Shown: positions 27,365 to 37,572 of the stretch, in pieces | How positions within the stretch are numbered: position 1 is the stretch's first letter | Layout of the letters: each line of letters begins with the position of its first letter | DNA from: Chlamydiales bacterium | GTDB lineage: Bacteria > Chlamydiota > Chlamydiia > Chlamydiales > JAJFMA01 | DNA length: 64,000 bases | Direction: 5' to 3' | Assembly: GCA_030679955.1 (NCBI GenBank) | Contig: JAUXSF010000012.1 | Location: 22,498-86,497, forward strand | Notes under the pieces: model-generated | What the model was told of the DNA's origin: nothing | What the model saw: the letters and a program-made list of their open reading frames with translations, nothing else | The model's database searches: none | Program-made: the position numbers and the translations under genes

Positions 27365-27416
27365 TCCAAACAGGGCACACCGCTAAGTGGTCGTGTCCTT
27401 TACTTGTGAGGTTGCT

Positions 27417-27497
27417 ATGGGAAGGATGCTAATTCTTTGGCTATTGGGAGTGCCAATCAGCTTATTAATCATTCTCAAATTAATGGGAGTGATATAA
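27417..27497 (+). CDS. Possible 26-aa single-TM micropeptide
   Basis: My translation gives MGRMLILWLLGVPISLLIILKLMGVI. It lies between the BON gene and the CPBP protease gene. There is no clear SD, so this is tentative. Confidence 0.3.
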   Translation: MGRMLILWLLGVPISLLIILKLMGVI

Positions 27498-27508
27498 GCT
27501 CCTAGGGC

Positions 27509-28279
27509 ATGAAAACATTATACGCCATCATTATCACCACAGCAATAACCTGGGCCTGGATTGGCGCATACTTTTGGTGGGGCGGAGAAGTTAACTCGCC
27601 CCTATTTCCTTTCTTTGGCGCAACGCTGATGTGGATACCAGGCATCTGTGCGCTTGTGATCGCGCGACGTGAAGGTTTTAAACTGCCCATTATTAAGAAA
27701 CCTGGAATGATTGAACTGGTGGCGGTTTTGCTCTGCAGCTTCCTGGTCTCCATGAGCATTATTTTGAGCTTCCCCTTCGCCACTTTCGCCCCCATGGCTT
27801 TAGGCTGGGATTCGCTATCCGCTATTTTGATTACTACCATTTTCTTGGGAGCCACCATCAATGGCATAGCAGCATTAGGCGAAGAGCTCTTCTGGCGTGG
27901 ATATCTTCATGAAAAACTCAAGTACTTGGGAATCGTCCGCGCCTCGCTAATTATCGGTACGGCTTGGGGCATTTGGCACGCTCCCATTATCTTAATGGGC
28001 TACAACTACCCCACACATGAGTGGCTGGGCGTTGTGATGATGACCCTTATCACGATATCAATCAGCCCTATTCAGTTTTTTCTGCGTGAAGAAAGCGGAG
28101 CCATCATGGCTCCTGCAATCTTTCACGGCGTGTTCAATGCAATGGCAGGGCTAGCATTCTTGGTTTACACCAAGCCGGACACCCTGTTTGTTGGCGCCAC
28201 AGGAATCGTTGGATTTGTATTCTTCAGCATCGCCTCATGGGTGATCCTGAAGTATTATGCCAAAAAAATCGCTACTTAA
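27509..28279 (+). CDS. CPBP family intramembrane glutamic endopeptidase (CAAX protease-like)
   Basis: 256 aa polytopic protein with motifs 'EELFWRGYL', 'WGIWHA' and 'FHGVFN'. Confidence 0.88.
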   Translation: MKTLYAIIITTAITWAWIGAYFWWGGEVNSPLFPFFGATLMWIPGICALVIARREGFKLPIIKKPGMIELVAVLLCSFLVSMSIILSFPFATFAPMALGWDSLSAILITTIFLGATINGIAALGEELFWRGYLHEKLKYLGIVRASLIIGTAWGIWHAPIILMGYNYPTHEWLGVVMMTLITISISPIQFFLREESGAIMAPAIFHGVFNAMAGLAFLVYTKPDTLFVGATGIVGFVFFSIASWVILKYYAKKIAT

Positions 28280-28724
28280 TAGCGATGTACAAATTGACGA
28301 CGGGTGGCTGTTCAGCGAACTGGCTGCCGTAAACTTCGTAGTCACTCATAAAAGTACGGTCCAGCCCGGAACTCCACACTTCCATCCATGTACTGACCAA
28401 TGCCATCGGATGCGGACCGGCTGCTACAAAATGCGCAAATTTGGCAGCTGAGACATTTTTGATGGCAAAGCCAGCAGGAATTTCTTCTACTTTATCTACA
28501 GCGCAGCCAACCACCAACGTATATAAGCCGTTGTGATCGCTTTCATAATCGGTATAAAGCCCAAAAACCTCTTCTGATGATTTGTGAGGGATTTTTGTTG
28601 TCGCTTTTTCCTCTTTAAACCGCTGCCAAAGACCGCCAATATTCTCCTGCGCGTGCGCATTATCGGTTCTGACGGCAATCCCCATTACTTGAAATGCTGG
28701 GCGTTCAATAATTGTATAAGCCAT
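28272..28724 (-). CDS. GyrI-like small-molecule-binding domain protein
   Basis: 150 aa with 'ERPAFQVMGIAVRT...IGGLWQRF...YTDYE' pattern typical of AraC-effector-binding/GyrI-like domains. Confidence 0.65.
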   Translation of the reverse strand: MAYTIIERPAFQVMGIAVRTDNAHAQENIGGLWQRFKEEKATTKIPHKSSEEVFGLYTDYESDHNGLYTLVVGCAVDKVEEIPAGFAIKNVSAAKFAHFVAAGPHPMALVSTWMEVWSSGLDRTFMSDYEVYGSQFAEQPPVVNLYIAIK

Positions 28725-28856
28725 GACACTCCCTCCTTTTGATGCCTATGGTACCATGCCAGGGCTCTTATCCGCACCGTTTAACATTTTATTTTACATA
28801 AACTCCCAAAAAATGGGATAGCTCAGAACTATTTTATTTACCAAAAGGAAAGTCTC

Positions 28857-30749
28857 ATGGACGCATTAAAAGAAACCTTCGCCAGCCACCACATCTTGGA
28901 GCCCGCTAAGAAAGTTAAACACCAAAAGTCCTCATGGCATGTGATCAAAAACACAGCACAAAAAACTATCGGTCACGTCGGCACCACAATCGGCAGCATC
29001 AAGTACCTCTTCGTCAATTCCGCTGCAGATGCACAAACTGTTAGGGAATCGCAAGACTATATTAGAACGGGCCAGAAACTATCAAATTTTGGCATTGAAC
29101 AATACACCGGCGGCATCCTTCCCGAAAATACTCCGTTCCAAGCGTTTGCTCAATATGCAGAAGTTCCACCTCCACAAATGGTACCTCAAGCAGCATTAAG
29201 CTTTGAGCTCAACAATCATATGGAGAGGCTCTCAGCTAGCACCGGCGCTAAGATGACTGCTGTAAAAGTTACTCCCGACGTATTTGATCCAGAGGCTCTG
29301 CTTGTGATGCTAAATGCTATCAATAGCCAGACCCTCCGCGACTTTGCAAACGGCCCGAACTTGGTCAACGCCATCATCCGTGAATCCAAATATGGAAAAA
29401 TAACCATTCGTTGTGGCATCTACGACGATCCGGTAAAGGCTGCACAGTTTCTTGCAATCGTAAAGCAGGCATTGCAAAAGGGAGAAACGGTGCCCGAGAA
29501 CGTACGTATCGCTGCCCATAATCTTTGTTCATATGGTGTTGCCAAAGAAAGCAGTCAAAAAGGAAAGTCCGACACGAAAGTTACTAAACTCATGGGCGAA
29601 GCTGACCTTATTGTTGGTCAGCAAACACAAATACACCATTTAGAGGTTGAGATAGATGCTTGGCTTAAAAAACAAATATCTCCGCAGATAGGCATTCATT
29701 TCACTAGCTTTGAACCTACTGGAAAAATCCTTGGTGACTCCACTGACTCCCATGAGCGAAATATAGACGGTACAGCAACCTATATTAGATGGCTCCAAAA
29801 GTCCTTCTACTCAGAAAATCCACCCGCTTTCTTAACAACAAAAAAAGGGCAACCGCTCTATGTGGCAAGACAACTCGATCACGAACGCAATCGATTAATC
29901 CGTGCAGAGAAAAAGCTCTTAGCTTGTCTAAAGCGCGACAAGAGGAAAATGCGTATCCCTGAGTTGGAAGCTCAAGTAGAGCGACACAAACAGACAATTA
30001 GGGATAAAACAGACGAACTAAAAAACTCTCTGCACATGCTTACAACTATGCTACAAGAGCTATCGCAGGTGAGCGATGAAGAAGATCCACAAAAGGTTAT
30101 AGCTACTAAGTTAGTAGCACACTACTTAACCATCCAATTGGGTCAATACGATGAAAGCTGGCCTGCTATGACACGTGCACAGGAGCTTGCTCTATCTTTC
30201 CTTATTGATTACGTCCTCGACGTCATCACCCAGCTTAATTGCAAAAGTGGCGTCGACCGCACTGGTTTAGCTGCCGCTATTTTCTATGCTCTGGAACAAA
30301 TGATCGAACGCGACCTAGACGCAGGCAAAACAAGAGCCCAAGCATTAGAGCATGCCTACAACTTCCTACTTAGCTTCTTAGATAACGTGCACGCAATGGA
30401 CGTCGCCATAAAACAAGATCATGGAAGTGATAAAGCCATCGACCTAGATGCTTGGCTCGAATCCGAAGTTGGTCAGCCCTTTAAGGAAACTGTTAATTTC
30501 CAACGAGATATCTTTGCCTATGTTATGGGAATATCGGAACCATTGGAATTTCACTCATCCGGATTCAGAGGCCTAAAGTGGAAGCTAAACCGCATGATGT
30601 TTGATTGGTTACCAAGTTTTATCCATGACACCGCATCAGGGAACTGGATAAGATTAACAACGCCGAGCACGTCAACTCCAAATCAGCGCAAGCTAACCAA
30701 TGAGGGCCATCAATTGTTCATCGGACCAGCTTACGAGCGCAATGGCTAG
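28857..30749 (+). CDS. Putative CX5R phosphoinositide phosphatase (SopB/IpgD / inositol 4-phosphatase-like P-loop)
   Basis: 630 aa with no signal peptide. The catalytic-loop-like 'NCKSGVDRTGLAA' (Cys codon at 30240) matches the 'CKSGKDRTG' loop of SopB/IpgD as I recall it. The rest of the protein was not recognised. Confidence 0.6.
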   Translation: MDALKETFASHHILEPAKKVKHQKSSWHVIKNTAQKTIGHVGTTIGSIKYLFVNSAADAQTVRESQDYIRTGQKLSNFGIEQYTGGILPENTPFQAFAQYAEVPPPQMVPQAALSFELNNHMERLSASTGAKMTAVKVTPDVFDPEALLVMLNAINSQTLRDFANGPNLVNAIIRESKYGKITIRCGIYDDPVKAAQFLAIVKQALQKGETVPENVRIAAHNLCSYGVAKESSQKGKSDTKVTKLMGEADLIVGQQTQIHHLEVEIDAWLKKQISPQIGIHFTSFEPTGKILGDSTDSHERNIDGTATYIRWLQKSFYSENPPAFLTTKKGQPLYVARQLDHERNRLIRAEKKLLACLKRDKRKMRIPELEAQVERHKQTIRDKTDELKNSLHMLTTMLQELSQVSDEEDPQKVIATKLVAHYLTIQLGQYDESWPAMTRAQELALSFLIDYVLDVITQLNCKSGVDRTGLAAAIFYALEQMIERDLDAGKTRAQALEHAYNFLLSFLDNVHAMDVAIKQDHGSDKAIDLDAWLESEVGQPFKETVNFQRDIFAYVMGISEPLEFHSSGFRGLKWKLNRMMFDWLPSFIHDTASGNWIRLTTPSTSTPNQRKLTNEGHQLFIGPAYERNG

Positions 30750-30771
30750 ACCGTTCGTTCCGCAATGAGAA

Positions 30772-30845
30772 CATGGACAATATGGACCTTATGGACAAAA
30801 AACTACGTCCATAAGGTCCATAGGGTCCATAAGGTCCATATCGTC
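30772..30845. repeat. TATGGACCT-family 9-bp periodic palindromic element
   Basis: Left arm 'catggacaatatggaccttatggac' faces right arm 'gtccataaggtccatagggtccataaggtccatatcgtc'. Confidence 0.85.
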
Positions 30846-30871
30846 TATCAATGTACATAAAAAAACAGAAT

Positions 30872-30988
30872 GCTGCGCTCACATGGCTGGGGGCTAGAAC
30901 GAGTCTACTGCTAACGCAGTTGGGACATCACTACTGTCTACTGCGGCAGCAGTTTCCTCTTCCTAGCCCCCAGCCGCGTGAGCGCAGC
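30872..30988. repeat. Palindromic element with 26-bp arms
   Basis: 'gctgcgctcacatggctgggggctag' (30872-30897) pairs with 'ctagcccccagccgcgtgagcgcagc' (30963-30988) at 24/26. Lies between convergent genes. Confidence 0.85.
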
Positions 30989-31000
30989 CAAGAAACCTCG

Positions 31001-31183
31001 TTACGTCTTTGGCGGCTTGTTTCTTTTCAAGAAGATGCCAAGCGCCATTACGAGGAATAACACAATGAAGATAAAGAACAAAATTTTTGCTATTTCTACT
31101 GCTCCAGCAGCGATGCCGCCAAACCCAAAAAGAGCTGCTACAATAGCTATGAGCAAGAAAACAATAGCCCAGCGTATCAACAT
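31001..31183 (-). CDS. DUF1328 family small membrane protein
   Basis: 60 aa with '[39 protein letters not shown]', the typical YtjA/DUF1328 sequence. Confidence 0.8.
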   Translation of the reverse strand: MLIRWAIVFLLIAIVAALFGFGGIAAGAVEIAKILFFIFIVLFLVMALGIFLKRNKPPKT

Positions 31184-31300
31184 AATTTTCTCCTCTTCTT
31201 CTGAAACTATTTCTTTACCATATAGCGCAAATTACTCGCTATATGTTCTAACCAAAAAAAATCTTCATATTAAAGCGACGGATACAGTACACATTGCGGC

Positions 31301-32737
31301 ATGGGAATTTGGGATAGAAAAAGTGTAGAATTATTACGTGAAAGCGATCAAGCCGGTGTGCATCAGCTAAAGCGTACTCTTGGAGCTGGTGACCTTGTCC
31401 TACTTGGCATTGGAGCTATCATTGGCGCTGGTCTTTTTTCTATTACAGGAATCGCCGCTGCTGATAATGCTGGACCCGCCATCATCATTTCCTTCCTGAT
31501 CGCTGCACTTGGTTGTTCGTTCGCTGCTCTTTGCTATAGCGAGATGGCAGCCATGATCCCGGTCTCCGGCAGTGCCTACACCTATGCCTATGCCACCCTG
31601 GGAGAGCTTTTGGCCTGGATCATCGGGTGGGACTTAATTCTGGAATATGCTGTTGGCGCAGCGACGGTATCCATCAGCTGGTCAGCCTATGCCACCTCGC
31701 TCATGCATGATCTTAATATACATCTACCCATGCAATGGTTAGCATCGCCTTGGCAACCAGTGCACCTGAACGACGGCACTATGGCCTTTGGCCATGCCAA
31801 TCTGCCCGCTGTATTTATTGTGGTAGTCCTGTCGCTTGTACTAATCTGGGGTATTAAACAATCCGCCTTTATCAATGCGATAATCGTTGTCCTAAAGGTA
31901 TCGGTTGTCATCATCTTCATCGCTATTGGCGTCCAATACATCAACCCCGCAAACTACCATCCTTTTATCCCTGAGAACCAAGGTAACTTCGGACGCTTTG
32001 GCTGGAGCGGCGTCATGCGCGCCGCGGGCATTATCTTCTTCGCCTATATAGGATTCGATGCGATATCTACCGCGGCCCAGGAAACAAAAGACCCACAAAA
32101 GAATGTTCCTAGAGGCATATTGGGATCCTTGGCTATTTGCACTGTTCTCTATGTCGCTTTTGCTGCGGTGCTGGTTGGTCTAGTCAATTACAAAAGATTG
32201 GGCGTAGCGGCTCCGATCGCATTAGCCATCGATCAGACGCCTTATGTGTGGCTAAATATTGCTGTTAAGATTGCCATCCTTGCGGGCTTTACCTCTGTCA
32301 TCTTGGTGATGATGCTGGGTCAGTCACGCATCTTCTTTAGCATGGCTAAAGATGGCCTGTTACCGCCGCTGTTTGCTGAATTGCATCCGCGCTTTGACAC
32401 TCCCTGGCGCGCTAATATCGTCCTAATGCTCCTAGTCTCCCTTTTTGGAGCCTTTGCACCGATACACCTTGTTGGCGAAATGACTAGCATTGGCACACTA
32501 TTAGCCTTTACCATCGTCTGCGCTTCGGTGCTGATCCTTCGCTACCAACACCCCGAAATACCACGAGATTTTCGAACTCCTTGGGTTCCTGTTATTCCCC
32601 TGCTTGGCATATTGCTTTGCGTTTCAATGATGATAAGTTTGGGTTGGGAAAACTGGGCACGCCTGCTAGGATGGCTATTGATCGGCTTAGTCGTCTATTG
32701 GATATATGGATCTCGCCACAGCAACTTAAAACGATAG
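31301..32737 (+). CDS. APC family amino acid permease
   Basis: 478 aa with about 12 TMs. 'LGAGDLVLLGIGAIIGAGLFSITG' and 'FFAYIGFDAISTAAQETKDPQKNVPRGI' blocks of cationic amino acid transporter-like permeases. Confidence 0.88.
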   Translation: MGIWDRKSVELLRESDQAGVHQLKRTLGAGDLVLLGIGAIIGAGLFSITGIAAADNAGPAIIISFLIAALGCSFAALCYSEMAAMIPVSGSAYTYAYATLGELLAWIIGWDLILEYAVGAATVSISWSAYATSLMHDLNIHLPMQWLASPWQPVHLNDGTMAFGHANLPAVFIVVVLSLVLIWGIKQSAFINAIIVVLKVSVVIIFIAIGVQYINPANYHPFIPENQGNFGRFGWSGVMRAAGIIFFAYIGFDAISTAAQETKDPQKNVPRGILGSLAICTVLYVAFAAVLVGLVNYKRLGVAAPIALAIDQTPYVWLNIAVKIAILAGFTSVILVMMLGQSRIFFSMAKDGLLPPLFAELHPRFDTPWRANIVLMLLVSLFGAFAPIHLVGEMTSIGTLLAFTIVCASVLILRYQHPEIPRDFRTPWVPVIPLLGILLCVSMMISLGWENWARLLGWLLIGLVVYWIYGSRHSNLKR

Positions 32738-32741
32738 TATC

Positions 32742-33587
32742 ATGAAAAAACTACTCCTATTTCTTTTGATCGCCATTGCCATCATCGCCATCACAGCGGC
32801 CTATCTAGATCGTGGCCATAAGCAAAACACTGACGAACTGGTGCTTTATGGTAATGTTGATGTTCGCCAAGTGGAGCTGGGCTTTCGCGTTGCAGGACGA
32901 GTCGTCTTTATGCCTTTCCAGGAAGGCGACCAAGTTGAGGTTGGTCAGCTAATGGCCCGCCTTGACCAGCAACCTTTCTGGGATCAAGTTCGCCAAGCCG
33001 AAGCAAACCTAGAATCGGTTAAAACCTCCCTTGACAATGCTGAAAAGGTCTACGCACGACGAAAGATCTTGGTGGAGACCGGTGGCGTTTCCACAGAAGA
33101 TTTTGATAACTCCCTATCTTCACGAAATGTCTTTCAGTCGAACCAAAAGCAATCCAATGCTGCTCTGGGTGTTGCCCTGACCGATTTAAGAGATACGGAA
33201 GTGTATGCGCCAGCCAGTGGTGTCATCCTAACACGCATTCGTGAACCAGGAACGGTTGTTAAACCGAGCGATCCTGTCTACACACTTTCTCTATCCGATC
33301 CCATTTGGGTGCGTGCTTTTGTCACAGAGCCACAGCTAGGTTTGATCTATCAAGGCATGCCTGCAGAGGTCTACACCGACACTCCCGATGGCAAAGTATA
33401 CACTGGACATATCGGCTTCATCAGCCCAGTCGCAGAATTTACGCCAAAAACCGTAGAGACATCGCAACTGCGCACTGATCTTGTTTATCGCCTGCGCGTT
33501 ATCGCGGACAATCCAGACAAGTTCCTGAAGCAGGGTATGCCTGTCACAGTAAAGTTCAAATTAGATCAGAATAAGGATGCTCGGTGA
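32742..33587 (+). CDS. HlyD-family periplasmic adaptor (YbhG-like)
   Basis: 281 aa with an N-terminal TM, then a 'GNVDVRQVELGFRVAGRV' barrel-sandwich start and a coiled-coil hairpin. Precedes a fused double ABC ATPase and two ABC-2 permeases. Confidence 0.85.
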   Translation: MKKLLLFLLIAIAIIAITAAYLDRGHKQNTDELVLYGNVDVRQVELGFRVAGRVVFMPFQEGDQVEVGQLMARLDQQPFWDQVRQAEANLESVKTSLDNAEKVYARRKILVETGGVSTEDFDNSLSSRNVFQSNQKQSNAALGVALTDLRDTEVYAPASGVILTRIREPGTVVKPSDPVYTLSLSDPIWVRAFVTEPQLGLIYQGMPAEVYTDTPDGKVYTGHIGFISPVAEFTPKTVETSQLRTDLVYRLRVIADNPDKFLKQGMPVTVKFKLDQNKDAR

Positions 33588-35326
33588 AAGAGCCTCTGGT
33601 CGATATCCATGATATCTCAAAACACTTTGAAGGCTCCCCACATCTAGCCTTGAAAGATATCAATGCAACAATCCCTCGTGGAGAGATTGTCGGCCTGGCT
33701 GGCCCCGACGGTGCCGGCAAAACAACGCTCATTCGTCTTATAGCAGGCCTGTTAAAACCCACCACCGGAAAAATCACGGTTGATGGCCTAGATACTATTC
33801 AAGACGCCTCTGCCATCCGTCACATCATCGGCTACATGCCTCAAAAGTTCGGTCTCTACGAAGATCTAACGGTACAGCAAAACCTACAACTCTACGCCGA
33901 TCTGCGTGGCGTGACCGGAGACCAACGCCAAGAGATTTTTGCGAATTTGCTGTCGTTCACAGCTTTAAAGCCATTCGTCGACAGACTAGCCAAAGCGCTA
34001 TCCGGAGGTATGAAACAAAAACTAGGGCTTGCTTGCGCACTAATTAGGAAACCCACATTACTTCTTTTGGATGAGCCTAGCGTCGGAGTCGATCCGGTCT
34101 CGCGCCGTGAACTTTGGAAAATGGTTAATAACCTGCTCGACGATGGCATCTCGGTCGTTTGGAGCACTGCGTATCTAGACGAAGCAGAAAAATGCAATAC
34201 GGTCCTCCTTCTGAATGAAGGTCAGCTGGTTTTTTACGGAAAACCAGACAAGCTGGCACAACGTGTCGATGGCCGTGTCTTTCGCCTTTCACCCGTCACC
34301 ACCAACGCGCGCGAAGTCTTGATGCATGCGCTCCAACAGCCTGATGTCATTGATGGCGTGATCCAAGGCGATGATGTGCGCATTGTCACCAAAGATAAAG
34401 ACGCCAAAATTGATGTAGCTGCTCTACAAGGCGGTCCTGATGCACGTTTGATTCCAACATCCCCGCGCTTTGAGGATGCCTTCATCGATATCCTTGGTGG
34501 CGCACCAAAAGGTCCTTCGCCATTAGCTGAAAAGACTCCTGAAGTGAAAACCACACGCACTGTGATGATCGAGGCACAAGCGCTAACCAAACGCTTCGGC
34601 ACCTTCACCGCAGCCAGCCATATCAACTTAAGTGTTCGTACAGGCGAGATCTTTGGCCTCCTAGGACCAAATGGCGCGGGCAAAACAACCACATTTAAAA
34701 TGATGTGTGGATTGCTAAAGCCCACCGAAGGCAAGTCTTCCGTCAATGGCATTGATTTACAAGATGCTCCTGGCAAAGCTCGAGCGCAAATAGGCTATAT
34801 GGCGCAAAAGTTCTCGCTCTATGGAGATCTGAGTGTCCGCGAAAATCTCGAGTTCTTTTCAGGCGTGTATGGCCTATGGGGAAATAAGCAACTGGATGCC
34901 ATCCAAGAAATGGTAGAAACATTTCACCTTAAAGACTATCTAAAAGAACCTGCAGATCGCTTGCCGCTTGGCTACAAGCAACGACTAGCCCTCTCCTGCG
35001 CTCTTATGCATAATCCGTTAGTCCTCTTTCTAGACGAACCTACATCGGGCGTAGATCCCATAACACGAAGAGAGTTCTGGAGCCATATCAACAGTCTGGT
35101 ACAAAAGAATGTCACCGTTATCGTCACCACACACTTTATGGACGAAGCAGAATACTGCGACCGCATCGCACTCGTTTATCGCAGTAAACTGATTCGCATG
35201 GGAACGCCAGAGGATCTTAAGGAAACGGCCAAAACGGAGCAAAATCCTTGCCCTACTTTAGAAGATGCCTTTATTCGTGCTATTGAAGTTTACGACATGG
35301 AAAATGGCAAAGATGACAAACGTTAG
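33584..35326 (+). CDS. ABC transporter ATP-binding protein with duplicated ATPase domains (YbhF-like)
   Basis: 580 aa with two Walker A sites ('GPDGAGKTT', 'GPNGAGKTT') and two signature/Walker B sets. Confidence 0.92.
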   Translation: MKEPLVDIHDISKHFEGSPHLALKDINATIPRGEIVGLAGPDGAGKTTLIRLIAGLLKPTTGKITVDGLDTIQDASAIRHIIGYMPQKFGLYEDLTVQQNLQLYADLRGVTGDQRQEIFANLLSFTALKPFVDRLAKALSGGMKQKLGLACALIRKPTLLLLDEPSVGVDPVSRRELWKMVNNLLDDGISVVWSTAYLDEAEKCNTVLLLNEGQLVFYGKPDKLAQRVDGRVFRLSPVTTNAREVLMHALQQPDVIDGVIQGDDVRIVTKDKDAKIDVAALQGGPDARLIPTSPRFEDAFIDILGGAPKGPSPLAEKTPEVKTTRTVMIEAQALTKRFGTFTAASHINLSVRTGEIFGLLGPNGAGKTTTFKMMCGLLKPTEGKSSVNGIDLQDAPGKARAQIGYMAQKFSLYGDLSVRENLEFFSGVYGLWGNKQLDAIQEMVETFHLKDYLKEPADRLPLGYKQRLALSCALMHNPLVLFLDEPTSGVDPITRREFWSHINSLVQKNVTVIVTTHFMDEAEYCDRIALVYRSKLIRMGTPEDLKETAKTEQNPCPTLEDAFIRAIEVYDMENGKDDKR

Positions 35327-36452
35327 CGATACTGGACACTTCCGACGCCTAAAAGCTTTGATCGTGAAGGAATTCTACCAGATCATTCGCGACCCCAGCA
35401 GCATCCTCATCAGCGGTTTGCTGCCGCTTCTTTTGCTATTCATCTATGGCTCTGGAGTCTCTCTCGATGTCGATCATCTTAATGTGGGGCTAGTCCTAGA
35501 AGATACCTCCCCTGATGCCACCAGCTTTGCACAAGCATTAACCGATTCCCGATATTTTAATATCAAGCTGGCTCGTGATCGTCGTGAACTTGACTACGAC
35601 CTAATGCGTGGTGCACTGCGAGGTATTGTGATAGTACCCAGCTACTTTTCTGCCTTCAGAGAAAAACCTGATCAGCCAGCACCGATTATGGTCATAGCCG
35701 ATGGCAGCGAACCAAATACGGCAAAGTTCGTGACAAACTATGTCCAAGGCGCCTGGCAACTATGGCTGCGGCAAGAAAAAATCACCAGCGACATCCGTGG
35801 TCTACCGCTCATAGGTATTCAGCCTCGCTTCTGGTTTAACGAGGAGCTAGAAAGCCGCAACTACCTCATCCCAGGATCCCTTGCCATCATCATGACACTG
35901 ATTGGAACATTGCTAACCGCCCTGGTCGTAGCGCGCGAATGGGAGCGTGGCACCATGGAGGCCATGATGTCGACACCAGTCAGCATCCTAGAGCTATTAG
36001 TTGGCAAACTGATCCCCTACTACTTTCTAGCCATGGGAACATTGGTGCTGGTTGTAGGATTAGCGCTGCTGTTCTACGAGATTCCCTTCCGAGGATCGTG
36101 GTTTGCGCTCTTTGTTATATCCGGAGCTTTCCTCTTTCCCGCGTTAGGCCTCGGCCTGCTTATTTCTACAGTAGCTCGCACGCAGCTTGTCGCCGCACAA
36201 ATGGCGCTGGTATCCGCTTTTCTTCCAGCATTCATTTTGTCCGGTTTTATATTCGAAATCTCCAGCATGCCAGCCGTTATTCAAGCGATCACCTATGTAA
36301 TACCAGCGCGCTATTATGTTTCATGCCTACAAACGCTGTTTTTGGTGGGAGATGACTGGAGCCTCTTTGCAGGTAATTTAATTCCTATGCTGTTGGTTGG
36401 AACCTTCTTCTTCGGCATCACTGCACGTAAAACCGTGAAGAGGCTCGACTAA
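35304..36452 (+). CDS. ABC-2 type transporter permease (YbhS-like)
   Basis: Start at ATG 35304 or 35313, overlapping the upstream stop. 'RRLKALIVKEFYQIIRDPSS' N-terminus and six TMs. Confidence 0.88.
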   Translation: MAKMTNVSDTGHFRRLKALIVKEFYQIIRDPSSILISGLLPLLLLFIYGSGVSLDVDHLNVGLVLEDTSPDATSFAQALTDSRYFNIKLARDRRELDYDLMRGALRGIVIVPSYFSAFREKPDQPAPIMVIADGSEPNTAKFVTNYVQGAWQLWLRQEKITSDIRGLPLIGIQPRFWFNEELESRNYLIPGSLAIIMTLIGTLLTALVVAREWERGTMEAMMSTPVSILELLVGKLIPYYFLAMGTLVLVVGLALLFYEIPFRGSWFALFVISGAFLFPALGLGLLISTVARTQLVAAQMALVSAFLPAFILSGFIFEISSMPAVIQAITYVIPARYYVSCLQTLFLVGDDWSLFAGNLIPMLLVGTFFFGITARKTVKRLD

Positions 36453-36453
36453 C

Positions 36454-37563
36454 ATGTGGCATCGCATATTCGCACTCGTAGTAAAAGAAATCATGGCGGC
36501 CCTCAAAGACAAGAAGGCGCGCTTAGTATTAATAGTCCCTCCTATCACGCAGCTTTGCATCTTTACTTTTGCCGCAACCTTGGACGTGCAGAACGTTCCT
36601 ATCGGCATCCTAAACCGAGATAATGGTGAGAAGGCGTTTGAACTCGTCCAACGCTTCCATGGCTCGCCAATGTTTCAGCATATTGTCTACCTAGATTCCG
36701 TTGAGGAAATAACTCCCTTCATCGATGATCAGAAGGGAATCATGGTGCTTTCGATAGATGAGCAGTTCTCACGTAACATCGATGCTGAACGTCCCGCCAA
36801 TATCCAGATGATCCTCGATGGTAGAAAATCAAACACCGCACAGATCGTCGCAGGATACTCCAGCGAGATTATCGATTTATATAATCGCGAAACCATGAAG
36901 CGACTTGGCGTTAAACAACAACCCACCTACTTGATCCCGCGCTATTGGTTTAACCCTAACCTTTACTACTACTGGTACAATGTACCCAGTCTGGTCGGCG
37001 TTCTGACAATGCTGGTGGCTTTGGTAGTAACGGCTATGTCGGTCGCGCGCGAGCGTGAAATGGGAACTTTCGACCAATTACTAGTGTCGCCCCTGTCTCC
37101 TATTGAAATTATGATAGGAAAGCTCATTCCCGCCATGATCATCGGCATCGCGGAGGGATCTATTATCATATTCGTTGGAATCTTCCTCTTTCAAGTGCCC
37201 TTCATGGGAGAGCTGTGGCTGCTCTACGCAGGCTTGTTAGTCTTCGTCGCGGCGGTTGTAGGAATAGGTCTGTTTATTTCGTCATTATGTTCAACACAAC
37301 AGCAAGCAATCTTGGGATCGTTTGTATTTACCTCTCCGGCAGTATTATTGTCAGGATTCGCCACGCCAATTGAAAATATGCCGCAGTTTTTGCAGTACAT
37401 CACTTACGCCAATCCACTGCGCTACATGCTAGTCATTAGTAAAGGTCTATTTTTGAAAGCTATTCCGGCCGATATTGTGTTCAGCAATATGTGGCCCATG
37501 GCCATCATCGCCTGCTTCACTTTGACCGCTGCAACTCTAATGTTCCGCAGCAAACTCGAGTAA
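36454..37563 (+). CDS. ABC-2 type transporter permease (YbhR-like)
   Basis: 369 aa with 'IFALVVKEIMAALKDKKA' N-terminus and six TMs. Paralogous to the preceding permease. Confidence 0.88.
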   Translation: MWHRIFALVVKEIMAALKDKKARLVLIVPPITQLCIFTFAATLDVQNVPIGILNRDNGEKAFELVQRFHGSPMFQHIVYLDSVEEITPFIDDQKGIMVLSIDEQFSRNIDAERPANIQMILDGRKSNTAQIVAGYSSEIIDLYNRETMKRLGVKQQPTYLIPRYWFNPNLYYYWYNVPSLVGVLTMLVALVVTAMSVAREREMGTFDQLLVSPLSPIEIMIGKLIPAMIIGIAEGSIIIFVGIFLFQVPFMGELWLLYAGLLVFVAAVVGIGLFISSLCSTQQQAILGSFVFTSPAVLLSGFATPIENMPQFLQYITYANPLRYMLVISKGLFLKAIPADIVFSNMWPMAIIACFTLTAATLMFRSKLE

Positions 37564-37572
37564 TCTTTTTTT

